DNA from: the human T2T-CHM13v2.0 reference genome, Homo sapiens
DNA length: 64,000 bases
Strand: one strand, 5' to 3'
Assembly (NCBI RefSeq): GCF_009914755.1
Contig: NC_060927.1
The notes beneath the pieces were generated by a model. The model worked only from the letters and a program-made list of their open reading frames with translations, searched no databases and was not told where the DNA came from. This document shows positions 35,819 through 50,109 of the stretch, in pieces; the first letter of the stretch is position 1, and the number at the start of each line of letters is the position of its first letter. A program made the translations under genes and the position numbers.

Positions 35819-38594
35819 CCAAATAGAATTTCCATTACAATTTCTTGTCTCATCTCCAGTATCACCTTCTTCATGGAGATTTTGTAGACTCCTTTTGCTG
35901 CTTGAGATTTCTCTCTCCCTGCTCCGTACCCCAGAGCACTTTGGTTAAGGAGTTTGGATATTTTACGAGCTTGCTTAGTTCAAGACCACATTCTTTGTTG
36001 ACATGCTGAAGTACAGTTTCTTTAATGGTGGCTGCTTGGGGGAGGGGAAAAATAATTAGCTTCCTAATTTTATGAGCTTTTTGTTTCTCTAAGACCCTTA
36101 CATTCAAACTTGTGCTTCTGTCTTTTCATTTACCATGAAGATTCCAAAAGACATCTTCCCTGTTGGTTGCCTCCTTATTCCCCAGAAGCAGTGCACTCTC
36201 AGATCATTTCCTTTCAATTTCCTTATAACCACCCCAACCCCATCCATAGCCTGTGTTGTGGTTCACCAGGTTTTAGATGCTCTCATTTTGCTCCACGGAG
36301 GGTGAGGCCATTTCCCTCTGGTGTGCTTTATTTTGTTTTTCATCACAGCTAGGCTCCTGCTGTCCTCTTCTTTCCCACGCAGTCTCTGCCCGATGCTCCA
36401 TTTGGGTGTGAGTTCTGAAGCTGGCTCCGACTTTGCTGTTTTGAATATTTATTCCCCTACTTACATATGAGCTGATGATGTTAGTCATCTCTGTCTCCTA
36501 ATTATGCTATAGCATGGTTGAGGGTGGTTTCCCTTGCTTTCTTTAATGGTCTGTACATTTTCTGGAGGATGTAGGAATTGATTCTAATTTAGACAGCTGC
36601 CATTATCCTCCAAAAACCTGTAAGCTCTATTCATGTAATTTTTGAGGGCATCAACATCTTTCAGAGAAGCCCAAGTGTTAATCAGATATAAAATAGAACT
36701 ACTGTAGCATAAAGTTGGGAGCATAGTATGTTAGGGGCCTCAAAACCTTGCCTGCTCAGTTTTTTCCCCTATTCTTGGGATGGCCCTTGAAGGGGATCAA
36801 TAGAAGGTCTCCAGGGAGCATTATACAGATCCTTGGACTTGACATTCTCTATGATCCTTCCAAGTCCTGATATTCTATAATTAAATAAATCATGGGCATT
36901 CCATTAATGCTTAATTAACAAGAAGATTCAGTCAACTGGAACAGTATTATGTGCAATCTTGTCCATTGATAATTCTTGGATTTTCCTCATTTTCTTTGTA
37001 CTCTAGATTTTTTTGTAAGCAATCTTTTGAGACACAAGAAGTGGGGTGTAGAGAGGAATTCATTACTGTGTATTGTGTACCCCTATTAGTGGGCTAAACT
37101 AAAATCCCTAATTGGCATGAGCAATTTTCATTCTGCTAGATAAAATTCTTTTCCTGAAACAGCTTTATAATGCTTCCTGTTCATAATCTTTGCTTACTGA
37201 AGGCTCTGTGTCTAGATCTGCTAAAAATGACTCTACAGCACTCCCTCTTGCTCCTTACTACAGTAATTGGCTTCCATAAGCTTCTGTCTACATTAGCAAA
37301 TTTTAAATGCCCTTCTGAATATCTGGTCTAGTGCTCTTTACACAAAAATAAGAAAACTTTTCTAATCATGATGCTTCTTAGCATAAATATAATGCTTTCA
37401 CCTTTTTCCATAAACCCTTTCAAATCCATTTTCTCATCAGACCCATTTTTATTGAGCTAAGCTGGGTAGACATTCTTTAAAAAGTATTTTAGTTTTCACA
37501 GTATAAAACTAAGGCCAACAGCAGTGAAGTCACTTGTTGAAGATCTATCTGAGAAAACTAGACTTATAATTTGTTTCTTCATTCTCAGACAAATACACAT
37601 TGTCCATTAGATTTCTCAAAATCTGTAATTAAAGCAGATTAAGTTAATCTTCAATTCATTTTAACTCAATGATAATGGCACTGTGCTCATAAATATTAGG
37701 AATTATAGTTGCTTAATTATGGGAGGGGGCCTTTGCATCAAGCTCATGTCTGTCTTAGTGGTTACTGACACTTTCGAGTCACTGACCACAAGTTGTACAG
37801 TCTGTCATTCCTGACACATTTGGTGGGCTCATGAGGTAATTCATAAAACCATAGGATATAGGGAACAAGAAGGGAGAAGAATTAATTTAAAGATCTGGGG
37901 AACCGCATGTTTCCTCCAAGGCATTTAGAAAACAAACCTGACCCTCTGGTCTCCTGTAAAGGACAAAGGAAAATGACAGTACTCAAGTGACGAGTGGGTG
38001 ATCATGTTATTGTGACTCTGCTGGGGACAAAACCTGATTATAAGTCTAAGAACTATATTTTTGTCTATATGCCAGAACATGGTATCAGGAAAGGGCAACC
38101 TGCTCCTCTACATACCCTAGAAACCATGGAAAGGCCAATCAAAGTCTTTCACCCAGAGAAGCTGTGGCAGAACACACTATTGACAATAAAGGTCAATCTA
38201 CACTCATGGGAACACACTGGACTGAGCAAGTGGTGGGGTGCTGAAGAAGGGGAGCCAAGTGGGAACTGACAACCCATCATCTTCTTTGAGCCTCACACAC
38301 CTTTTAGATGGGTGTAATTATACCAGCCTTGTTGATAAGGAAACTGAGACTAAAAGAGGATAATAAATTATGCACCCTAAGAAGTCAAGTAGGTGTTGGA
38401 GCCCAGAAGGAACCTAAGTTTGTCTGAATCCACAGCCATGACTTAACCAACATGTTAAACTGCCCTGGGATCCACCATTGGATTCAAAAGGCAGATGCTT
38501 CACTATTTGAACAGATGCTTTACCTGTTTCAACCTCACATGCTTCATCTGAAAGCAGAGATAATAGTATCTACTTTACGCAATGGCATGAAGAT

Positions 38595-39806
<1,212 letters not shown>

Positions 39807-41789
39807 GATCGAATGAAGAACTTATGGAAATGTCTGGCACACTATAGCCAATCATTTTCCACTGACTGATTTTATTTGACCATCTGGTTTTTATATCATT
39901 AATTCAAAAAGCATGTATTGAGTCAATAATATCAGCTGTAACTTATTTGTTGATCACTGTCCATGTTCTAGGCACAGTGCTTGATACTATTTATTATTTT
40001 ATGTAATCCTTACAATAACCCTACAATGTAGGCATTCTTTATTATCTTCATTTTACGTTGAGGGAGCAGGTTCAGAAAGATTAAAAGAGTAAGAGGGTCA
40101 AGTCTCTGAAAATTCATTTTCCAAAATAATTTCACTAAAAGAGCAACTTGCTGAATATTTAAGAATTTTATTTTTACATTCAATTTTGCATCAGCATCAT
40201 CCCCGCTCTTGCCTTGGCTTTTACATTTTCCTGTCTATACATTTTATATAAGAAAAGATGACATTTCTCTTATGCACAAAATCCAGTGTTTCATGGTATT
40301 CTATGCTTATGACTGCCCTGGCACTTGCACAGCCCCTTGCAGGAAGATCATGCAGTAAGCTGTCTTATTCTAGTTTATTTGCCCAAAAGTTTAGAGTCAA
40401 TTGTTATTTAGTTAAAATATCATTGAGTGATCAGTAGATAATTGGATGAGCTAATTAAAAGCTATTCATTTATCACAAATTGAGCTTCAGCAAATTGACC
40501 CAGGGCCGAGGTGGTGGCCAGCTTTCTGCCATTGTTATTGTTGCTAGTGATCCTTTACCATGTGGCAGGTGACTGACATCAAGTACCCTGAATGATGCGA
40601 GTGCTCAGTATGTTTGGAATTTAAAACAAAACTTATTCTTCCTGATCTTGGGGCTCTGTGTAGTGGGAGCAGAATGATCTCTGTGAAAGCTATATCTGGC
40701 AACTATATATTTATACACCCAACCTCATGTTTATAAAAAGGCCAATAATGCATGTTGTTTATTTTCATGCATGTTGTTTATTTTTAGCTTTGACTAGTCT
40801 CTGGCAAAACCCACCTCTTGTAACAGAAAGAAAAGGGCTGGCTTTGTTTTCCCTATCCCATGCACTTGTCTAAGCTATAAATATCAGAATCATTAAGCTC
40901 CTCTTTTTCCTCTCACTCCCCCTATATTTATGCACATCAATTTGTGCTTCTTAAATATCTCATGACAGTCGTCTTTGATACAACCTTTCACCATTACCCA
41001 AGAGAAGCCACCATCATCTGTTATCTAATCACTAAAACAATCTTCCAAAAGCTCTCCAACCTCCATCTCTTCCTTATCCAATCCATTCTCCACACAACAA
41101 GCAGAATAATCAATCTGAAATGCAAATGCCATATGGTGTCACTCTGCAGCTCAGACCCACCATAGGCTCCTTGTCACCTTAAGAATAAAGTCCAAATGAA
41201 AATATATGGCAGCCAAACACTTCACAGCTAGGACCCAGCTTCTTCTGCACCTGTACTCTCTCCTCCTACCAGCATGAATCAGGGCAGCTCTCCAAATGAA
41301 ACAACCTCTTCTCAGCTCTAGAACTTTGCATATGCTTTCCCTCTGCTTGGAATGTTTTTCTCTTTTCTCTGTCCAACTGCTTCTTATTTATCTTCTTCCA
41401 AATCACTGAGGTGCAGTTTTAATGTATTCACATAGCTCTTCTATCAGAGAACTCATCACGCTAGACAGCAATTGATGGTTCCTTTTGTGCCTTCACCATA
41501 GGACTCTTGACTCATTAGGGGCAAGCACACAGGAAGGCCAAATAAATAGATGTTTAAGGAATGAATGAAATTTAAATATGAGGTAATTTGAATTGCACTC
41601 CTGCCCCCAACTGATGACAACTAGAAAACCTGAAAAAAAGAAAAAAATCTTGAAGGCACAGAAGAACTAGCAAGATATTGAAGAATGACTAGACCAAGAG
41701 CCAGCGGGCAGTGGAGGTCTAGACATATGAGCTCAGCTCATTTTAGGAGGTCACCATAACCTTGATACCAAAGTCTGGTATGGGTACTA

Positions 41790-41980
<191 letters not shown>

Positions 41981-42287
41981 GAAAATTTACAGGTAAATTT
42001 CACTCTTTAATAAAGATGGAAATAGCCTGCATATTAGCAAATTCAGCAATATTTTAAAGTGGTAATACACATTGAACAAATGGTTTTGTTCTAGAAATAC
42101 AGGGTTAATTTAACATTTGAAAATCAAACAGTGAAATCCTCCACATTAACAGAATAAAGCGAAAAAAAAAAACCATACATTCAACATTGTTTTGGAGGTC
42201 CTAATTAATGGCTGTAGAACAAAGAAAAGTTAAGAAGATTAAATATGATTAAATAAAATTAGTATTATTCACAAGTAATATAATTTA

Positions 42288-42618
<331 letters not shown>

Positions 42619-42636
42619 CTAAGAATCTAAAATTTC

Positions 42637-43370
<734 letters not shown>

Positions 43371-45669
43371 AATAACAGAAAGATTAGCATTTGATTGAGG
43401 AACTGGGGACTATAGTTCAAACTAGGAGGGTGACAAAGGAAAAAGCCATCATAGTTTGACAACTTTATTAAATAAACATTAATAAGCAAAAATCAACTGT
43501 TTATCTGTGTCACAGCAACCATTCATAATGACACAAAAATATGAAATGGCTAGTAGCAATCTAATAAACAATGGGCAAGAAGTCAATGTTGAAAACAATA
43601 CATTATTATTGAGATAAAGAATAGCTAAATAAATGAAAGAATAAACCATGTTTATGGATGAGGAGATTCAGTAATATAAAATTATCAGTTTTCTTAAAAC
43701 TTGTCTATAAATGCAATGCAGTTCTAATAAAACCCCCACATTTTGTGAGAAATGACAAAGCAGTTCTAAAATTTATGTGGAAGTATAAAGAACCAAAAAT
43801 AGACAAGAGTTTTGAAAAAGTAAGCAAGTTAGAAAAATTTGTCCAACAAAATATCAACATTTAGTATAAACTAATAAATGGGTTATTTACACAAGGCAAA
43901 CTCACATACATAAAGACCCTTGCTTTATAACAAATGGATCACTGCAGAATAGTGGAGGAAATGTTAATCTTTTCAAAACATTGTGCTGGACAATATAAAA
44001 TTAGCCTTCTACATCATACTATACCTAAAAATTAACTCCAGGAGAATTGTAGATCTAATTGTGAAACATGAATCAATAAACTTTTAGAAGGTAAGAGAAC
44101 ATAGCTTTATGATTTCAGAAAAGAGATTAAAAACTTCATAAATAAAATATTGAAAGAACTAATAATAGGTAGAAGATAAATTACACTACAGTCAACTGAA
44201 AACTTCTGTTCACCAAAAGATACCATTAAATAAGCAAAAAACAACTGTTTTTCTGTAATGATATAAAAATACAAAATATACTTCATAATGACATAAACAT
44301 ATAAAATACATAGGAATAAATCTAACAAAAGATGGGAAAAAGGCCTAAGTACAATCCAATACATTATTATTGATATGAATTAAAGAAGAGCTTAAGATAA
44401 TTTAAAAGACATAAATTGCAGAAGAAATAATTTAAAAAGAAATTATCTCTAAAAAAATCAAATAAGAAATTACAGAAGATAAATAGAATAAGAATATAAA
44501 GAAGACAAAGGTACAGAAGTCAAGTCACAGAGTGAAAGGAGATTTTTGTAATACATAGCACTCATATCCAGCTCATATCATAACCTGCTCATATCCAGCA
44601 TATTAAAAAAAAACCTCTCACAAATGAATAAGAAAAAGATAACCCAAAGAACAATGGGCAAGAGACCTGAACAGATTCTATCTCTCTATCATCTCTATCT
44701 CTATCTCTTTCTCGATCTCTATCTTTATCTCTCTCTATCTAGCTACATCTATATCTGTATGTGAACAAGTGCCCAAGAAAAAAAGAAAAAGTGTTTACCC
44801 TCATCAGTACTTAGGAAAATATTTGTTAAAACTAATGAACATGAGCCAGAATGGCCAAAAGTAAAGAGACTGACAATAGCCAATGTTGATGAGGATATGG
44901 AGCAACAGGAATTCTCATTCACTTTGTAATGTTTAAAATTATCTATAAAATTTAAAGATACACATAACTTAAGCTCAGTGATTCCAATCCTGAGTATAAA
45001 CTTCTATAAATATGCCACGTGAATCAACAGACATAACACCAATGTTGATAATGGCACTATTCTTAGTAGACAAAAGCTGGAAAAAAACTCAAATGTCCAT
45101 CAACAGTAAAATAGATAAGTAATTCATGGTATATTCATTTACTTAAATACAGTAGAAAAATAGCATTGGACAAACAACAGTTATGGGTAACATGATGATT
45201 CTTGTAAACATTATATTGAACCAAAGAAGCTGGAGACAAGAAGATACTTACATTCTAAAGTTTTTCCCACACCAGGAGATAGACAAAATTAAGAGAAACA
45301 AGAATAAATTGCCTCAAAAATCAGTGTAGTAATTGCCTTTGGGAAGGAGGTAGAACAGAGATTGGAATGGAGCACTAAGGAAGCTTCTGGTCTGTTGGTA
45401 ATGTTGTTTGTTGGCCTTCATGATGATTACATAGGTATTTACTACATGATAGAACATTGTTCTGTATATCTTGCTATATATCATAATATTAAACATTAAG
45501 CACACCAGAATTCAAGTGAATTCATGAATAAAAACCCAAAGTTCTTTCTAGTCCCTAGAAGGTTTCTCTAACCTTTCCCTAATCCCACACTTCTGGGGTG
45601 GAAAGTGAGGAAAGGTATTCAGATAAGAGGTCCTATCCTTCTCTCTTTGGGGCTTTCCCTACCACATAC

Positions 45670-47785
45670 TTACTTTGCTGTGTCCTCCCATTCCCTGCCT
45701 CCCCACCTGTCTCAGAGAGTTGAAGAGCTGCCATGCTGGTCTGCCCAGGGGCTGCTGACCACAGAGGAAAAGTCCTTTCAGGTTGTGAGGGCACTGAAGG
45801 GTGACCCTTTCTTTCCATCACTCCTAGCAGGGCATTATTCAATGGGCAGGTGTTTCTTTTTTTTTTTTTTTTTTTTTTTTTATTGATCGTTCTTGGGTGT
45901 TTCTCACAGAGGGGGATTTGGCAGGGTCATAGGACAATAGTGGAGGGAAGGTCAGCAGATAAACAAGTGAACAAAGGTCTCTGGTTTTCCTAGGCAGAGG
46001 ACCCTGCGGCCTTCCGCAGTGTTTGTGTCCCTGGGTACTTGAGATTAGGGAGTGGTGATGACTCTTAACGAGCATGCCGCCTTCAAGCATCTGTTTAACA
46101 AAGCACATCTTGCACCGCCCTTAATCCATTTAACCCTGAGTGGACACAGCACATGTTTCAGAGAGCACCGGGTTGGGGGTAAGGTCATATATCAACAGCA
46201 TCCCAAGGCAGAAGAATTTTTCTTAGTACAGTACAAAACGGAGTCTCCTATGTCTACTTCTTTCTACACAGACACAGCAACAATCTGATTTCTGTATCTT
46301 TTCCCCACATTTCCCCCTTCTCTATTCGACAAAACCGCCATCGTCATCATGACCTGTTCTCAATGAGCTGTTGGGTACACCTCCCAGACGGGGTGGCGGC
46401 CGGGCAGAGACGCTCCTCACTTCCCAGACGGGGTCGCGGCCAGGAAGAGGCGCTCCTCACTTCCCAGACTGGGCGGCCGGGCAGAGGGGCTCCTCACATC
46501 CCAGACGATGGGCGGCCAGGCAGAGACGCTCCTCACTTCCCAGACGGGGTGGTGGCTGGGCAGAGGCTGCAATCCCAGCACTTTGGGAGGCCAAGGCAGG
46601 TGGCTGGGAGGTGGAGGTTGTAGCTAGCCGAGATCACGCCACTGCACTCCAGCCTGGGCAACATTGAGCACTGAGTGAACGAGACTCCATCTGCAATCCC
46701 GGCACCTCGGGAGGCCAAGGCTGGCAGATCACTCGCGGTTAGGAGCTGGAGACCAGCCCGGCCAACAGAGTGAAACCCCGTCTCCACCAAAAAAATACGA
46801 AAACCAGTCAGGCGTGGCGGCGCGCACCTGCAATCGCAGGCACTCGGCAGGCTGAGGCAGGAGAATCAGGCAGGGAGGTTGCAGTGAGCTGAGATGGCAG
46901 CAGCACAGTCCAGCTTCGGCTCGGCATCAGAGGGAGACCGTGGAAAGAGAGAGGGAGAGGGAGAGGGAGAGGGAGAGCGAGAGCGAGAGCAATGGGCAGG
47001 TGTTTCTAGGAAACACGAGGAACAAAGCATCAGTCCAGACCACTGGAGTCAGTCTTCATGAAATGTCATTGCTGGGCCATGTTGCCACTGTCTACATGTC
47101 TGGGCTCTGGCAGGGCTGCAAGCACTGCAGGTAGGATTCAGCATCTGGCTTCCCAGGCATTGTCTTGATAAGAGCTGGCAGCCACCACCTGCCCTCCCAG
47201 CCAGGATAAGTATGGGAGAAGCAACACATGTATGAAGGGCAAAGACAAGTGAACCAGATCCCTGGAATTTTATCCATTTCCCTTTCTCTAGCATAAAAAA
47301 AAAGAACCTACAACTCTCGCAAGGGCCTGACTGACTCAATTCCAGCCTGTCCCTGACTTGCATGATTCTGATTTGCAGACATTGGCCAAGAACAGACAGG
47401 TAATCTGCAGAGATCCCATAGCTTTCTTGGGTTGATTTTTCCCCAGACTGATGCATGAAAAGCTGGTGCAGTGTACTGCATTTGAAAAGAGCTTGAAAGA
47501 GGCAGAGTGAGTGTTTTGCTCTGTCAACAGAGCCTGGAGGATTTTGCTGGTAAAGACAAGGAAAAATCAATATGGCTATTTAAAAATGTAATGGTGGCTG
47601 CTAAGCAGTATCAGAAAGGGCATTCCAAGGAGGACTTTCAAGGCTTTAGGAAAGGAGAAGGAAGAAATTTAGTGGAGTTTTAAAGCTTTATATTTCTGTT
47701 CTTATTCCACTTCCAAATAGCCTACTTCCAAGACATTTCTGCTGTCTAATCTTGCCTGACAATGTTAATAGCTGCTCTTTCTTGA
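45670..47785 (-). repeat. Arm B of the inverted duplication, split by an SVA
   Basis: 45670-45857 matches revcomp of ~26620-26820; 46990-47785 matches revcomp of ~25798-26640. Confidence 0.92.
45858..46989 (-). mobile_element. Full-structure SVA (C/D-like) with a very short VNTR
   Basis: Poly(T) 45858-45881, SINE-R, VNTR ~46380-46560, Alu-like domain, (GGGAGA)n hexamers ~46947-46989. Perfect 18-bp TSD caatgggcaggtgtttct (45840-45857, 46990-47007). Confidence 0.96.
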
Positions 47786-47881
47786 GTACCTAACATATGC
47801 TTGGAGCTTTGCACACACAGTCAGTGGAAATATGAACCCTACTTAAAGATTTTGCTACCAATATTACTAGATTATCTCATC

Positions 47882-47976
47882 TTTTTTTTTTTTTTTTTTG
47901 CCAGGCTGGTCTCGAACTCCTAGTCTTAAGTGATCTGCCCACTCCACCTCCCAAAGTGCTGGGATTATAGGTGTGA
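47882..47976 (-). mobile_element. Alu left-monomer fragment joined directly to poly(A)
   Basis: T-run 47882-47899 followed by ~75 nt of reverse Alu 5' sequence. Confidence 0.8.
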
Positions 47977-48945
47977 TCCTGTATGCTTGGAAAAGATTTC
48001 TAGAAATGAGGTTTTTGGGTTAAATAATGCTAGGATAGCCAGAAGAGAGGAGCTAACGCAGTGGCAGAGTTGTCTTGGTATTCCCGCATGCAACCGAAGA
48101 CGTCAATGGACAGAGGCCCATGGAGGTACGGGGTGGGGTCATCGTGAAGGGGCTGATTTTCACTGGTTTGGGGAGATGTGTTTAATGCCACAGCCTAACC
48201 TCAAAATAAATATTTCTTATTATAAGAGAGGGTTGTGGGGAACACAAGTAGGGACGTGGGTTTTCCATATAGGATCTTTGGGCCATAATGGGCAGAATTG
48301 TTACAAGGAGGCAATTATCTAGACCCTAAGTTGTGGCCAATATATTAGTGTCATGAGGGGTTTTATCTTGCTCCACAAAGATAAGGAAATCCAGCATCTG
48401 TAAGAGTTTTCATCTGTAGTGTTTATTCCAAAGCTAAGACTCCTCCATTTTCCATGAGAACTGGAGCTCTAGGAAGCCTAATCTGAGTTTGTTCTCCACA
48501 AAAGCCAGAATAGAACATCTTGACACCCAAATTTTGTGTATATGTGTGTGTGGGGGCGTGTGTGGAGGGAGGGTTTAAAGGGAGTGGAGGCAGGAGGCTA
48601 GACTAGAGGAGCAATTACCTAAAATCATAGTCCTTCTTAAAGGACTTAGAGCTGCAGGTGGCAGGAACAGAACATAGACTAGTAACACCTTGCAGGTTGA
48701 AACCTTGAAAATTTAAACCAATCTGTTCAATAGCCTGGCTTCCCATTCGGGGAGGGTTTCTCTGCCCTGCTTTGCCCACTTGCCACACCAACCCCCTGGG
48801 AAAAGCTTTTTTCTTATGACTTTAAAGTCCCCTCACCATATGAGACTAACATTATAGAAGAAACCCATCTAGGGAGGTGAGAGGAGATCATATCTCTGAG
48901 GGTAGGTGGGGAGGTGCCTTAGAAATACCTGCATTAGAACACCTT

Positions 48946-49243
48946 TTTAAAATTATTATTATTTTTTAGATAGAGTCTCACTCTGTTGCTCAGGCTGGAG
49001 TGCAGTGGCGTGATCTCAGCTCACTGCAATCTCTGCCTCCTGGTTCAAGCGATTCTTGTGCCTCAGCCTCCCGAGTAGCTGGGATTACAGGTGTGTGCCA
49101 CCATGCCCAGCTAATTTCTGTGTTTTTAGTAGAGAAAGGGTTTCATCATGTTGGCCAGGCTGGTCTGGAACTCCTAGTCTTAAGTGATCTGCCCATTTCT
49201 GCCTCCCAAAGTGCTGGGATTACAGGCATGAGCCACCTCACCA
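48946..49243 (-). mobile_element. AluS
   Basis: Reverse Alu dimer. Confidence 0.92.
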
Positions 49244-49269
49244 CATTTTAATAAAACTTCTCGATTCAC

Positions 49270-49805
49270 ACCCTTCCCCGAGTTCCGGCCAGGAGGATTC
49301 TTGCCCCTTTCAAATTATTAGAAAGTTCAACTAGAGAATTCCTTCTCCCTGTGGAGTTTTACCCCCTGCTCCTCTGGCCACCCTCCCAATGGATCCCTGT
49401 GGTGCCAGGCAGGAATGGGCTGCCTGGGGAACCAGCAAGCTCCCAGGGCCTTTCTGCTGCTTCCTCTGTGCCTGTATTTCACTCAGCTCTCTAACTTGAC
49501 TCAGCTTCAGGTAAAAGTCAGAAACTTCTCCCACAAACAGATCTTCAGCTTCTCCAGTGGGGGTGTGTGTTTGGGAGAGGAGGGTCTCCCTTTCTCACTT
49601 CTGCATTTGGGCACTCACAGTATTTGGGGTGTTTCCCAGGTCCTGCAGGAGCAGTCCACTTTTTTGAGAGGTCCTGTAGGTCCTCTTGGGATTGCTGGTT
49701 TGTTCTTGCAGTTGATCTGGAGCTAAAATTCACAATGCAAGCCTCTGCATGTTGCTCTGTCCAGAACTGCAATCTAGTCCTGCCTTCTGTCTGCCATGAT
49801 CCCCC
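49270..49805 (-). mobile_element. Isolated L1PBa 5'UTR fragment
   Basis: Reverse strand begins gggggatcatggcagacagaaggcaggactagattgcag, matching the recalled L1PBa 5' end. Confidence 0.75.
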
Positions 49806-49811
49806 AGTCTC

Positions 49812-50097
49812 TCGAAAACGCATTTAATACAACAAACCTAATAAACATCATAGCTTAGCCTAGCCTACCTTAAACATGCTCAGAACCCTGCAACTGGGCA
49901 AAATCACCTAACACAAAGCTTATTTTATAGCAAAGTGTTGAATTTCTAATGTAATTTATTGAATACTATACCGAAAGTAAAAAACAGAGTGGTTGTATGG
50001 TACCTGAAGTATGTTTTCTACTGAATGAATGTCACTTACACAACATTGTAAAGTTCAAAAATCATTAAGTCAAACCATTGCAAGTTGGGGACCACTT
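49812..50097 (+). mobile_element. MER47A-like TcMar-Tigger element, left end missing
   Basis: gcatttaatac...catcatagcttagcctagcctaccttaaac...aagtcaaaccattgcaagttggggacc. Confidence 0.8.
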
Positions 50098-50109
50098 GTT
50101 GTAAGTTGT

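Noticed and set aside
36813-36903. Core-like 10-mer lying near the exact symmetry centre of the inverted pair
   Set aside because: The centre position depends on recent insertions (SVA, Alus, retrocopy), so the coincidence is not meaningful by itself.
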